Below are positions 25,201-33,794 of a stretch of 64,000 bases of DNA, piece by piece; the stretch's first letter is position 1; each line of letters starts with the position of its first letter. The translations under genes were made by a program, and so were the position numbers. The notes beneath the pieces were generated by a model that was not told the origin of the DNA, searched no databases, and was given only the letters and a program-made list of their open reading frames with translations. Source of the stretch: Lama glama (Eukaryota); contig CM052825.1 of NCBI GenBank assembly GCA_028534125.1, positions 24,800,001 through 24,864,000 on the forward strand, written 5' to 3'.

Positions 25201-28200
25201 TGACCCATCTGTCATGGGCAGCACCCTGCAGCGGCTGGCCTGGGGCCAGATGGGCTGCACACTGGGCCCAGAGGAGGACAGTGTCTCCCTAGTCAGTCCC
25301 TCCTCCCCTGCCAAATACTTCTCAGCTTCAGGTGAGCAAAGGTGGGGAGGGTGGTGTCCTCCAGTCTCCCCAGGAAGGCACCATGACATGTTCTGCTCCC
25401 TCTAGATGAAGACCTGATCCGGCAGATCCTGGCTGAAGGGGTCAGTAGCCTGGTCCCTACCCAGGACACTCTGGGAGAAACGGACCTGCGCACTGGCCTG
25501 TGAGTGCCTGGCTCCTTGGGGTGGGAGCAGTGAGGAGCCCAGGGCAAGGGCCCTGCTCCCGGTCTGGGGCCATCCTTGTGCTGTCTGTCCAGTGCATGGT
25601 TGGGGTGAAGTTGTTGGGCCTCTGAGCCCCTCATTTGTTGAAAGGACCTCTTGGGGCTACCTAGGCCCTGTCAGTGTCCCCTTTAGGGCAGCAGGAGTGA
25701 AGGATGTTTGAATAACAAAAGGCCACTGATGTGGGGCAGGCAGGGCTTGGTTGTGAGGAGCAATCATTGACAGACTTTTAAATACCTAGTTTTTTTCTTC
25801 TGAAAGTATTTCGATTTTATGTTTTTAAGAATTTCTCAATTTCTTGGCTGGTTTCCAATTTAGTAACAAACATTCATATAGAATTACCTCTTAACATCTT
25901 TGCTCATCTGTATGTAATTTGGGGGTGCCTTGGAGGGGGGTAATTAGGTTTATTTGTTTATTTAAATGGAGGAGGTACTAGGGATTGAACCCAGGACCTC
26001 ATGCTTGCTGAGCACGTGCTCTATCTCTGAGCTCTACCCTCCCCCTGAATTTACTTCTTTTTTAAGGCAGAATAATATTCCACTGTATGGATGGACCATG
26101 TTTTTGTTGGAGGTGGGGTGGGTAACTTGATTGACTGATTGATTGATTTTAATGGAGTTACTGGGGATTGAACCCAGGACCTCCATGCATGCTGAACATG
26201 CGCTCTACCACCAAGTTCTACCTCTCCCCCGTGTCTATTTTAATACCTATATTTCCATTCATTTTAACTCTTCTAGTTTTTAAGCAACCAAAAATTACTG
26301 AGATACATGAACTGTCCCAGAACACAAGCTTCTCAAAGTAGTAGTAATTAGCAGTGACCACCCCAGTACCTCTAGTCCCAAAGCCCAAAGTCCCAGACCA
26401 AACTCTGGATTCATTTTTGACTCTCTTTTAGTATTTCCTCACTTGAGATTCTGTCAGCTACTTTGCAGGTCCAGAATCTGCCTCTTCTCTCCATCTGCCC
26501 AAACATCCTCCTCTACCTGGACCATTCTGCTCATCCTCTGCAGCTCATCCCCACTCTGTGCCAGAGAGAGCCTGTTCCCTGCAGCAGGCCCCGTCACTCC
26601 ACCCCTGGGGCCGTGGTATCTACTGCCACTTAATAGGTCAGCCCCAAATGCTCACTTGCAGCAAGGTGGCTGGCAGGCTGTCATGGGAGTTCCCAGCTCC
26701 TCCCTCTCTGGACCTCACTGCTAGGTTGCTTGAACATCCTCAAAACATGGCACTCCACCAACCACACCTGACCGGCCAGCCCCACCACCTCCCCTGCTGT
26801 CTCCTGCCACCCTCGCTCCTGTCTTCACCTTTCACGTCTGCTGCTCCCTCTGCCTTGAGTTCCCCACCAAGACCAGAGCTGCGTGTTCTGCTTCCTCCAG
26901 GTCCTCCTTCAGATGCTGCTGGTCAGCGTCTGCCTTCCTGTCTCATGTAAATACCGTCAGGCACGAGCCTCTGTCTCCGTGTCCTCCCTGCTTCACTCGT
27001 GTGACTGTCTGCTTCCCCCACCAGCATGTGCACACGATATGTGCACAGACTGTGTTCTTGTCACTCAGTGCTGGGAATGGTGCCTGGCATTCAGTTAGGG
27101 GATAACGTACTTGTTGGTGACTAAAGGGATCAATGAATATTAATCCAGTAACACACATAGTCAGCTGTCATGCAGCTCAGAGTCTAACATAAAGTTCTGC
27201 AAATTCTATGCTAGATCCACTATATGATCCTGATATGCCATGTTCATATCCATGTGTGAAATACAAACACACATACAGAAAAGGGACAGAAAAAAACTAA
27301 CACTGCTGTTCCCTGCATGACGGAAATGCTGTTAGATGTCTGTTCTCGGTTGTATTCCTACTTTCTACAGTTTATGCTACTTTTCATCAGAAAAGTCCAT
27401 TTCATGAAGAAAATGTGTCCCATGACTTCCTACCTTTAGAAAACACAGTGCCTTTTATTCTCTAGGAGACACATAAAACCAGAAACATTTGCTGCAGCTC
27501 AGTGGCAGGCACGTGCCAGAGCTCGGGGGGGGGGCCCACCCTCTTCTTCCTCTGACACATTCAGGGCACAGCTGTGCAGAACCACTGCTCAGTGTGTGCA
27601 CTTTTTTCCTAGAAGTGCCTCTCATGGTTTTGCTTCCCTCTTTTCTTTCTCTTCCATACTTTCTCCCGCCCCTGTAGCTCCCTGCCTCCCGTCTGTAGTG
27701 GCCCTGGCTCTGGGCAGGTCAGGGTGGCTCCATGGGGCAGGTAGCTCTTTGGGGTCTGTGGCACTTGTTGGAAGGTTGAGAACCCAGTCATGATTCACTA
27801 GCATGAAGAGCAGGCAGGGAGACGAGGCCGGTGGCTGGATGGTCATGCTCTGAGGTGATGGCTGCTGGGGTGGCGGCAGGATGGGGTGCAACAAGTCCCA
27901 GAGGTGCGAGGCCAGGACTTGGTTGCGGACTAAGCTGGAAGTGAGGGGGAGATGGACAGAAGCTGATGGCATTTCCTGGCCTGAGGAGCAGGGTGGATGT
28001 GGGCCCCTCCCCAGAGTGACCAGTGGTGTTCTGAGCCCCAGCACCATGCGCCATGTCCACTCTGGTTTGGGGCACTGTCCTTTCTCTCCATGGGCAAGAG
28101 GAAAGGAGACACACAGAGCCAGAGGCTCAAGGGACCTTTGGTGCCGAGGAAGTGGGTTGGCTGCATCCCGGGGCAGTGTACAGGCTGCCAGGTGAGCATG

Positions 28201-31200
28201 GGCTGGTCCCTCTTCCTGTGCCTCAGGTCCAGCACTCCCGGGGACAGGACTCAGACGCTGATGCTGCAGAAACTGGAGGAGAGAGGGTCGCCTAGTCCGG
28301 GCCCGACGTGGGAGCAGCTCCAGTCAGCCAAGCTTTCCAGGACAGGTGTGCTCCCGCATCCCCCAGATGACCCTCCTTGTCCCTTCTTCTGGGCTGCCAG
28401 TAACCTGTCTGTGTCTGCCTCCCCAGGGCTGGTGGAGGGTCTGCGGAAGCGACTGCTGCCTGCTTGGTGTGCTCCCCTGGCTCATGGGCTCAGCCTGCTC
28501 CTGGTGGCCATGGCCGTGGGGGTGTCGGGGTGGGTGGGTGCCAGCTTCCCACCCAGTGTGTCCGTCATGTGGCTCCTCTCAAGCAGCTCCAGCTTCCTGG
28601 CCTCATTCCTCTGCTGGGAACCGCTCAAGGTAAGTGGGATGCGAGGGGCCACACTGCTGGCTGCCGGCACCCGAGGGCCCTTCTGATGCCACTCCTGGCC
28701 CAGATCCTGCTGGAAGCCCTATACTTCTCACTGGTGGCCAAGCGGCTGCACCCCGATGAGGATGACACCCTGGTGGAGAGCCCGGCTGTGACGCCTGTGA
28801 GCGAGCGTGTGCCCCGAGTGCGGCCACCCCATGGCTTTGCGCTCTTCCTGGCAAAGGAGGAAGCCCGGAAGGTCAAGAGGCTGCATGGGATGCTAAGGGT
28901 GAGCTCGGGCCCTCCCTCTCTGGCCTGCTGGCCAGGGCAGCATCTTCCAGGAGGTCTGCCTTTCTCAAAAATCTCATATGTGCCCTTCTCCTGACCACTG
29001 AAGGCCCCTCAGCAGGGGTTCTGGGGCACTGTAGCCTCTGTGCCCACTCCCTCTCATCACCTTGGATCCTCTGCCCCTAGTCCTTGTTTGGCTTCTCATG
29101 CCCAACTCAGATGCATGCTCCTGCCTGGCCTCAGGGGCCCTGGTGCGGCTCCTCGGCCTTCACTGACCCTGTCTGTCCCCAGGCCTGGCTCTCTCAGCAC
29201 TAGGCCCCCTGGCTATGGACACTTTGCTGCCCATTGTCCATAAGTCTGCTCTGTTATGGGGGGCCAGGCTGGGATTGGCTGACCCCACGGCTACCCCTGC
29301 TCCCCAGGGCCTTCTGGTATACATGTTCTTCCTGCTGGTGACGCTGCTGGCCAACTATGGGGACACTTCATGCCACAGCCATGCCTACCACCTGCAGAGC
29401 GCCATCAAGCAGGAGCTGGACAGCCGGGCCTTCCTGGCCATCACCCGGTATGATGCACGCACCTCTCTGTACGCATGTCTGTCTGCTGGGCCAGGGTGGT
29501 GCTCTTGCCAACCAGGGTCACTTTGGTCCTGCCCTTGTCCAGTCCAGCCCCTGGGGTAGTGGGAAGCATCTCAATACATTTTTGGTTATCAGAACTGGAG
29601 TGGGTGCTGCTGGCAATGGGTAGAGACCACAGATTCTGCTCAGCACCCTACGTGCCCAAGTATAGCCCCACAGCAGCGTATCTGCCCCCATGTGTCAGGA
29701 AGCTGAGGTTGAGGAACCAGCACTGGCAGCTGCCTGTGAGCTGGGCAGGGCTTCATAGCTGAGCTCTCTGGGCCTCTGACCCCCGTGGGTGTGGTGGCCA
29801 CAGAGGGCTGAGGGATGGAGCATGTGACTCTGTCTTGTGTGGGTAGGTCTGATGAGTTCTGGCCGTGGATGTCCCATGTGCTGCTCCCCTACATCCATGG
29901 GAACCAATCTAGACCAGAGCTGGGGCCCCCACGACTACGGCAGGTGCGGCTGCAGGAAGGTGAGTGGGGGAAGGGTACTCTGGCACTTAACCTTGCTTTT
30001 TTCCAAAGAGAAGCCTTTGGCTGGGGGCTGGTTCCAGCTCCCTTAGCTGGCAGACCTCCTCCTGCCTTTGTTTCCTGATCTTAAATGAGACTATGACATC
30101 TATCTTCTGCATAGTTAGGAGGGTTTGGTGAGATCATGAAGAGCTCAGCCCAGGAGGCTGGTAGACAGTAAGTGTTCCTGGGTCAGCCATGCTAATTCCC
30201 TGGTTGTCTGCCCAGCACTTTGCCCAGAACCTCCTGGCTCAGGGGCCCTCACATGCTCAGCAGCCTCAGGGAGCTTCAGCACCGGTGACTATGCCATTGG
30301 CTGGGGGAGTGCTGCCCATAACGGCTCTGAGACATGGGCCTACTCCGCACCAGACCTGCTAGGGTGAGCAGGGAGGGCGGGCCAGGGTGCCGGGGAGGGA
30401 GGAGGGAGGAGTTCTCCAGAGCAGCCCCTGGCCCCAGCATGCTTCGGGTTCCCACAGGGCAGGGCACCACTCTGACACTGCCCCCTCACCTGCAGCGTCT
30501 GGTACTGGGGCTCCTGTGCTGTGTATGACAGCGGGGGCTACGTGCAGGAGCTTGGGCCCAGCCTAGAGGAGAGCCGCGCGCAGCTGGGCTTCCTGCAGCT
30601 GCATAACTGGATAGACAACAGGTGGGCGCTTGGCCCCTCCCTGCCCCCACCCTCTCGGCACACCGGCCACAGCTGCATCCCCCTGCCCTCTGCAGGCACC
30701 ATGCAGCAGTGGTCCAGTCCACTCCCACACCCCAGGTTTGCTGGTCTTGATCATTCCCCAGAGTGGCCCAACGAGCCCCACTGCAGCCCCACGTCCTCTC
30801 CAGGGCATGCCCCACCCTTCCCCAACACCTGCCGTCCAAGCCCCTTACTCTGCGATGGCGCCAGCCGTTCCGTTCCACACACTCCGACTCCAGCCCCTCT
30901 TCCGCCCCATTCTAACGCGCAGGAGCCGCGCAGTGTTCGTGGAGCTCACGCGCTACAGCCCAGCCGTGGGGCTGCACGCCTCAGTCACGCTGCGCCTTGA
31001 GTTCCCAGCCGCCGGACACGCCGTGGCGGCCCTCAGCGTCCGCCCGTTCGCCCTTCGCCGCCTTAGCGCCGGCCTCTCGCTGCCACTGCTCACCTCGGTA
31101 GGCCCCGCCCCCGCGGTACTGGCCCCGCCTGCCCACTCAGCCCGGCACTGGCCACGCCCACCCAGCCTGGCCCTGATCCCCTCCCCACCCCGCCGTGCAG

Positions 31201-32658
31201 GTGAGCCTGCTGCTGTTCGCGGTGTATTTCTCGGGGGCCGAGGTACGTGCCTGGCGCCGGGAGGGGCGCGGGCGTGCGGCGCGGCCTGGGACCTGGGCAC
31301 GGTGGCTGCTGGTGGCGCTGACGGCAGCCGCTGCGCTGGTGCGCCTGGCCCAGCTGGGCGCCGCCGACCGCCAGTGGACCCGCTTCCTGCGCCGCCGTCC
31401 TCGCCGCTTCACCAGCTTTGAACAGGTGGCACAGCTGAGCGCCGTGGCCCGCGGCCTGGCGGCCTCGCTGCTCTTCCTGCTTTTAGTCAAGGTGAGGGCT
31501 GGTTTGGCGGGGCGGGGCAGGGCAGCTGGCGTTAGCAGGTTGGTCAGCTGATGCCACTTGTCTACAGTCCGCCCAGCAGCTGCGCTTTGTGCGCCAGTGG
31601 TCGGTTTTCGGCAAGACACTGTGCCGCGCCCTGCCGGAGCTCGCGGGGGCAGCCTTGGGCCTGGTGGTGCTTGCCGTGGCCTACGCCCAGCTGGCTGTTC
31701 TGGTAGGTGTTCTGTGGGGCTGTGGGAGAGGGTGGCTTAGCCTGTGCCAGCCCCTCACTCTTGCCGTCTTCCTGCAGTTGGTCTCCTCCTGTGTGGACTC
31801 CCTTCGGAGCGCAGCTCGGACCCTCTTGGTGCTGTGCCCAGGTGCTGGGAGTCCTGCCCTGTGCCCTGCCGAGTCCTGGCGCCTGTCCCCCGTGTTGTGC
31901 ACCGGGCTCTGGGCCCTGCGGCTGTGGGGTGCCCTGAGGCTGGGGGCAGTCCTTCTGCGGTGGCGGTACCATGCTCTGCGGGGGGAGCTCTACCGCCCAG
32001 CCTGGGAGCCGCAGGACTACGAGATGGTGGAACTGTTCCTGCGCAGGCTGCGCCTCTGGATGGGCTTCAGCAAGGTTAAGGAGGTGGGTACGGCCCAGTG
32101 GGGGGGAGAGGGACGCACCCTGGGCGCAGCTGAGCCCAGGGCGCAGCCGGACTGACCGAGCCCCTGTGCCGCCCCCAGTTTCGCCACAAAGTCCGCTTTG
32201 AAGGGATGGAGCCATTACCCTCCCGCTCATCTAGGGGCTCCAAGTCTTCTCCGGACATGCCCCCACCCAGTGGGGGCTCCGACGCTTCTCGCCCCTCCAC
32301 CTCCTCCAGCCAGCTGGACGGGCTGAGCGTGAACATGGGCCTGGGCCGGCCAGGGCCCCGAGGGGAGACAGAGCCTGAGCCCTCCCGCCTCCAAGCTGTG
32401 TTTGAGGCCTTGCTGGCCCAGTTCGACCGACTCAACCAGGCCACGGAGGACGTCTATCAGCTGGAACGCAGGCTGCAGAGCCTGCGTGGCCTCAGGAACA
32501 GTGGGCCCCCAGCTTCCACTCCCACCTTCCCCCTCCCAGGCCTGCGGCCAGCCCTGCCCAGCCGCCTGGCCCGGGCCAGTCGAGGGGTTGGCCTGACTAC
32601 AGGCCCCAGCAGGGTGTCCCTGCGGGCCAAGAATAAGATCCACCCCAGCAGCACTTAG
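4178..32658 (+). CDS. PKD1: Polycystin-1, spliced CDS exons 2-46 (exon 1 lies upstream of the window)
   Basis: 45 exons with AG/GT boundaries sum to 12,715 nt in frame. Domain order is LRR, WSC, PKD, C-type lectin, LDL-A-like, PKD repeats (WDFGDG), REJ, GPS (HL/T), PLAT, TM segments, coiled coil, ending KIHPSST*. Confidence 0.98.
4367..4438 (+). CDS. PKD1: PKD1 exon 3 (72 nt, LRR)
   Basis: ttacag|...|gtaagt; DISDNKISTLEEGIFANLFNLSE. Confidence 0.95.
4539..4708 (+). CDS. PKD1: PKD1 exon 4 (170 nt, LRRCT)
   Basis: NLSGNPLECDCGLAWL...DSGC; AG/GT. Confidence 0.95.
5066..5737 (+). CDS. PKD1: PKD1 exon 5 (672 nt, WSC + PKD I)
   Basis: EEYIAC...RWDFGDGS...EEPAQ; AG/GT. Confidence 0.95.
5832..6015 (+). 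CDS. PKD1: PKD1 exon 6 (184 nt, C-type lectin)
   Basis: VHPLCPSDTEIFPGNGHCYRL; AG/GT. Confidence 0.95.
6955..7032 (+). mobile_element. MIR core fragment
   Basis: CTCTGAGCCTCAGTTTCCCCATTTGGAA. Confidence 0.65.
7117..7337 (+). CDS. PKD1: PKD1 exon 7 (221 nt, C-type lectin)
   Basis: SLDVWIGFS...YVCELQPG; AG/GT. Confidence 0.95.
7670..7785 (+). CDS. PKD1: PKD1 exon 8 (116 nt)
   Basis: PVRDAENFLVG...EPVE; AG/GT. Confidence 0.93.
8225..8351 (+). CDS. PKD1: PKD1 exon 9 (127 nt)
   Basis: VMVFPGLSLSREAFLTSAEFGTQ; AG/GT. Confidence 0.93.
8661..8908 (+). CDS. PKD1: PKD1 exon 10 (248 nt, LDL-A-like)
   Basis: CPRSNICLPLDAPCH...YALWKEFLFS; AG/GT. Confidence 0.93.
9445..10200 (+). CDS. PKD1: PKD1 exon 11 (756 nt)
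   Basis: LQHDAGPG...EARVLQGVLV; AG/GT. Confidence 0.95.
11125..11256 (+). CDS. PKD1: PKD1 exon 12 (132 nt)
   Basis: RYSPVVEAGSD...IFKLS; AG/GT. Confidence 0.95.
11257..11336 (+). repeat. G-rich degenerate repeat (GGGGCA/CAGGG), potential G-quadruplex
   Basis: More than 10 GGG runs immediately after the exon 12 donor. Confidence 0.7.
11476..11651 (+). CDS. PKD1: PKD1 exon 13 (176 nt)
   Basis: LTASNHVSNVTVNYNVTVE; AG/GT. Confidence 0.95.
11923..12056 (+). CDS. PKD1: PKD1 exon 14 (134 nt)
   Basis: WTFGDGEQ...HTYTVP; AG/GT. Confidence 0.95.
12703..16322 (+). CDS. PKD1: PKD1 exon 15 (3620 nt, PKD repeat array + start of REJ)
   Basis: Within ORF 12636..16388; repeated W(D/T)FGDG PKD motifs; ccccag|gtgaa...acacag|gtcagt. 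Confidence 0.98.
16535..16684 (+). CDS. PKD1: PKD1 exon 16 (150 nt, REJ)
   Basis: SETGGCVLNFGPRGSS...EEATNQT; AG/GT. Confidence 0.93.
17765..17908 (+). CDS. PKD1: PKD1 exon 17 (144 nt)
   Basis: VLIRSGRVPIVSLECVSCK; AG/GT. Confidence 0.95.
18000..18279 (+). CDS. PKD1: PKD1 exon 18 (280 nt)
   Basis: RWAARTFSNETLVLDE...VHFECV; AG/GT. Confidence 0.95.
18352..18565 (+). CDS. PKD1: PKD1 exon 19 (214 nt)
   Basis: WQDAEDAGAPLVYALL...VVALN; AG/GT. Confidence 0.95.
18649..18820 (+). CDS. PKD1: PKD1 exon 20 (172 nt)
   Basis: SLAITLPEP...QADPQHVIEYSLALITVLNE; AG/GT. Confidence 0.93.
19164..19316 (+). CDS. PKD1: PKD1 exon 21 (153 nt)
   Basis: RAQIRKNITETLVSLRVNTVDDIQQ; AG/GT. Confidence 0.95.
20036..20180 (+). 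CDS. PKD1: PKD1 exon 22 (145 nt)
   Basis: CRSCLKKTLHKLE...DSILNIT; AG/GT. Confidence 0.93.
20197..20499 (+). repeat. Polypyrimidine/polypurine tract filling PKD1 intron 22
   Basis: About 300 nt of almost only C/T, with degenerate GA(C/T)CTCTCCC units. Confidence 0.9.
20500..21120 (+). CDS. PKD1: PKD1 exon 23 (621 nt)
   Basis: DLIHLASSD...RSRVLNEEPLTLAGEE...SNPFPFGY; AG/GT. Confidence 0.95.
21419..21575 (+). CDS. PKD1: PKD1 exon 24 (157 nt)
   Basis: YLPEEPEPFLAVYLHS...RPYTLFIAP; AG/GT. Confidence 0.93.
21735..21987 (+). CDS. PKD1: PKD1 exon 25 (253 nt, GPS autoproteolysis site HL/T at 21925-21933)
   Basis: CQYFSEE...AVCLTRHLTAFGASLFVPP; AG/GT. Confidence 0.96.
22076..22271 (+). CDS. PKD1: PKD1 exon 26 (196 nt, TM1)
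   Basis: NYIVLLTCTVCLVTY...KYEILVKTGWGRGS; AG/GT. Confidence 0.95.
22841..23011 (+). CDS. PKD1: PKD1 exon 27 (171 nt, PLAT)
   Basis: TTAHVGIMLYG...KIRVWHDNK; AG/GT. Confidence 0.96.
23121..23264 (+). CDS. PKD1: PKD1 exon 28 (144 nt, PLAT)
   Basis: LSPAWFLQHVIVRDLQ...EKEVLAA; AG/GT. Confidence 0.95.
23344..23554 (+). CDS. PKD1: PKD1 exon 29 (211 nt)
   Basis: AELQRGFFDKHIWLSIWDRPPRSRFTR; AG/GT. Confidence 0.95.
23652..23778 (+). CDS. PKD1: PKD1 exon 30 (127 nt)
   Basis: VAVGLVSSVVVYPVYLAILFLFRMSRSK; AG/GT. Confidence 0.95.
23890..24397 (+). mobile_element. Decayed LINE-1 ORF2 fragment in PKD1 intron 30
   Basis: A-rich; residual L1 ORF2-like peptide (PILHKL...AKILNKI); frameshifted. Confidence 0.85.
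24402..24600 (-). mobile_element. MER3-like hAT-Charlie MITE
   Basis: AGCTACATGTGGCT / GCCACATTTCAGGTGCTC / GTGGCTAGTGG motifs around an AT-rich core resemble the MER3 consensus as recalled. Confidence 0.7.
24677..24793 (+). CDS. PKD1: PKD1 exon 31 (117 nt)
   Basis: VAGG...DVDSCLDSSVLDSS; AG/GT. Confidence 0.93.
24877..24926 (+). CDS. PKD1: PKD1 exon 32 (50 nt)
   Basis: AFAGQVKQDLFLEDSK; caacag|...|gtgggg; preserves frame. Confidence 0.9.
25147..25331 (+). CDS. PKD1: PKD1 exon 33 (185 nt)
   Basis: LVCWPSSEGTLSWPDLLSDPS; AG/GT. Confidence 0.95.
25406..25499 (+). CDS. PKD1: PKD1 exon 34 (94 nt)
   Basis: EDLIRQILAEGVSS; AG/GT. Confidence 0.92.
25935..26045 (-). mobile_element. tRNA-Ala-derived SINE (camelid Vic-1-like)
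   Basis: Reverse complement GGGGAGGGTAGAGCTCAG...GAGGTCCTGGGTTCAATCCC...AAATAAACCTAATTACCCCCC. Confidence 0.85.
26112..26230 (-). mobile_element. tRNA-Ala-derived SINE (Vic-1-like), second copy
   Basis: Same head with Pol III A/B boxes and a (TGAT)n-degenerate tail. Confidence 0.8.
28227..28345 (+). CDS. PKD1: PKD1 exon 35 (119 nt)
   Basis: SSTPGDRTQTL...AKLSRT; AG/GT. Confidence 0.9.
28427..28629 (+). CDS. PKD1: PKD1 exon 36 (203 nt)
   Basis: LVEGLRKRLLPAWCA...WEPLK; AG/GT. Confidence 0.95.
28704..28898 (+). CDS. PKD1: PKD1 exon 37 (195 nt)
   Basis: ILLEALYFSLVAKRLHPDEDDT; AG/GT. Confidence 0.95.
29308..29447 (+). CDS. PKD1: PKD1 exon 38 (140 nt)
   Basis: LLVYMFFLLVTLLANYGD; AG/GT. Confidence 0.95.
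29847..29959 (+). CDS. PKD1: PKD1 exon 39 (113 nt)
   Basis: SDEFWPWMSHVLLPY...LGPPRLRQVRLQE; AG/GT. Confidence 0.95.
30216..30363 (+). CDS. PKD1: PKD1 exon 40 (148 nt)
   Basis: FSTGDYAIGW...TWAYSAPDLL; AG/GT. Confidence 0.92.
30496..30621 (+). CDS. PKD1: PKD1 exon 41 (126 nt)
   Basis: WGSCAVYDSGGYVQELG...LHNWIDN; AG/GT. Confidence 0.95.
30923..31097 (+). CDS. PKD1: PKD1 exon 42 (175 nt)
   Basis: SRAVFVELTRYSPAVGLH; AG/GT. Confidence 0.95.
31201..31491 (+). CDS. PKD1: PKD1 exon 43 (291 nt)
   Basis: VSLLLFA...RRFTSFEQVAQLS...LLLVK; AG/GT. Confidence 0.95.
31568..31702 (+). CDS. PKD1: PKD1 exon 44 (135 nt)
   Basis: AQQLRFVRQWSVFGKTLCRALPE; AG/GT. Confidence 0.95.
31778..32083 (+). CDS. PKD1: PKD1 exon 45 (306 nt)
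   Basis: RPAWEPQDYEMVELFLRRLRLWMGFSKVKE; AG/GT. Confidence 0.96.
32084..32178 (+). ncRNA. MIR1225: Mirtron miR-1225 (the whole of PKD1 intron 45, 95 nt)
   Basis: Intron starts GTGGGTACGGCCCAGTGGGGGG and ends GAGCCCCTGTGCCGCCCCCAG, matching miR-1225-5p and -3p as I recall them. The two ends base-pair, with an inner CCCTGGGC/GCCCAGGG stem. Confidence 0.9.
32179..32658 (+). CDS. PKD1: PKD1 exon 46 coding part (cytoplasmic tail, coiled coil)
   Basis: FRHKVRFEGMEP...RLQAVFEALLAQFDRLNQATEDVYQLE...KIHPSST*; TAG at 32656-32658. Confidence 0.96.
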   Translation, partial: FRHKVRFEGMEPLPSRSSRGSKSSPDMPPPSGGSDASRPSTSSSQLDGLSVNMGLGRPGPRGETEPEPSRLQAVFEALLAQFDRLNQATEDVYQLERRLQSLRGLRNSGPPASTPTFPLPGLRPALPSRLARASRGVGLTTGPSRVSLRAKNKIHPSST

Positions 32659-32744
32659 CCTCCGGGCATCTGGGCTCATGCCTCTTCCCTGGGGTGGGCC
32701 TGTGACTTTACTCCGGCCCCTCAGAGCCAGAGCAGACGCCGCTT

Positions 32745-32925
32745 AGTATTATCTTCTGCCACCCTCCAGGTTTCGGGCCAGGCAGAACAGCTGCACACAG
32801 GTCCCCCAGAGAATGGACAGCACTTGTCTGTCTCTCTGTGGGCTTCAGCACTTTAAAGAGGCCATGTGGCCAGCCAGGACCCAGGGTCCCCTCCTCAGTT
32901 CCCTGTGGGAGGACACAGCAGTATT
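32745..32925 (+). promoter_or_regulatory. Two miR-200b/c/429 seed matches in the PKD1 3'UTR
   Basis: AGTATTA at 32745-32751 and CAGTATT at 32919-32925. Confidence 0.55.
32848..32855 (+). promoter_or_regulatory. miR-17 family 8mer site in the PKD1 3'UTR
   Basis: GCACTTTA about 190 nt after the stop; miR-17 repression of PKD1 through its 3'UTR is established. Confidence 0.75.
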
Positions 32926-33170
32926 GGACTGAGTGCCCAGCCTCTGAGATGCTAATTTATTTCCCAAGTCCTCAGGTACAGCGGGCTGTGCCCGGCCCCA
33001 CCTCCTGGGCAGACATCTATCTCCCCTTGCTAAGGATCCAGGCTGCGGGGAGGGAATCTGCACTTCCTGTTATCCTCCCCCTAAATTATTACCTCCTGCC
33101 CCCTTGCTGAGTGCACTCACCTCCAGCCACCGCTGTGTGTCTATTGTCAGTAATTTATGTGGGGTTAAAA

Positions 33171-33178
33171 TGTATATA
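33171..33178 (+). promoter_or_regulatory. Pumilio response element in an AU-rich patch of the PKD1 3'UTR
   Basis: TGTATATA fits UGUANAUA; motif match only. Confidence 0.45.
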
Positions 33179-33717
33179 TTTTTGTACGTCGCTTTTTTTC
33201 AGTAGGGTCAAGGGGCTTGGTGGCTGAACCAACCTGCACCCACTGTCACCCACAGCGAGGGGGAGCTGGGACTGCAGAGCTGGCCTTCTTCCCCAGACAC
33301 CTGCCTTTATGGCTGGGGAAGCAACAGCTGCTTCTTGGAACCAAGTCTGGCCTTGGGCAGATGGGGCTGTTGGATGGGGCACCATCACCACTGTGGCCTT
33401 ATTTTCCTGCCCTGCCCAAGGTGGGGCAGGGAGAAGGAAGGCCTAGGCCTGCTGGCGTCAGGTCTAGGGGAGGGACAGGGCCCGTGCATGGCACAGGACC
33501 CCAGGGAAGGTAAGGGGAAAGACCTCTCCCCGGGAGCTGGCTCTCGGGCCAGGAGAGGTGAGTGTGACAGTGCATGTGTGAAAACCCGCATGGTGGCACG
33601 TGAGGCTTTCCTGAGGGTGAGGCCCCACTAGCAGCCAGATAGGCCACTGCCCTTGTCCAGTGGGCATGGCCAAAGCTACAGCCTTAATCCCACCCTGTCC
33701 CCTGATAGACGAAGTCA

Positions 33718-33723
33718 AATAAA
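33718..33723 (+). terminator. PKD1 polyadenylation signal
   Basis: AATAAA about 1.06 kb after the stop, followed by a GT-rich GTCTGTCTGTCT at about 33749-33760. Confidence 0.85.
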
Positions 33724-33788
33724 TGAGTTGGCTGACTTGACCGCTCCCGTCTGTCTGTCTAAGCGCACAGGCCTGGGAACAATGGCAC

Positions 33789-33794
33789 TTTATT
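33789..33794 (-). terminator. TSC2 polyadenylation signal
   Basis: TTTATT on + (AATAAA on -), about 140 nt after the TSC2 stop. Confidence 0.85.

Larger units (their letters stand above)
30850..31700. promoter_or_regulatory. Intragenic CpG-island-like region over PKD1 exons 42-44
   Basis: Visibly high CpG density (cgcg, gccgccg) and GC boxes compared with CpG-depleted flanks; not computed. Confidence 0.6.

Noticed and set aside
28630-28703. Other short hairpin-prone introns as new mirtrons (PKD1 introns 19, 36, 44; TSC2 intron 39)
   Set aside because: Pairing is partial and does not reach both splice sites; expected by chance in short G-rich/C-rich introns. Small-RNA data would be needed.
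4178-32658. Possibility that this is a PKD1 pseudogene or duplicate
   Set aside because: Exons 2-46 are present and in frame, and the gene is adjacent to TSC2, marking the orthologous functional locus.
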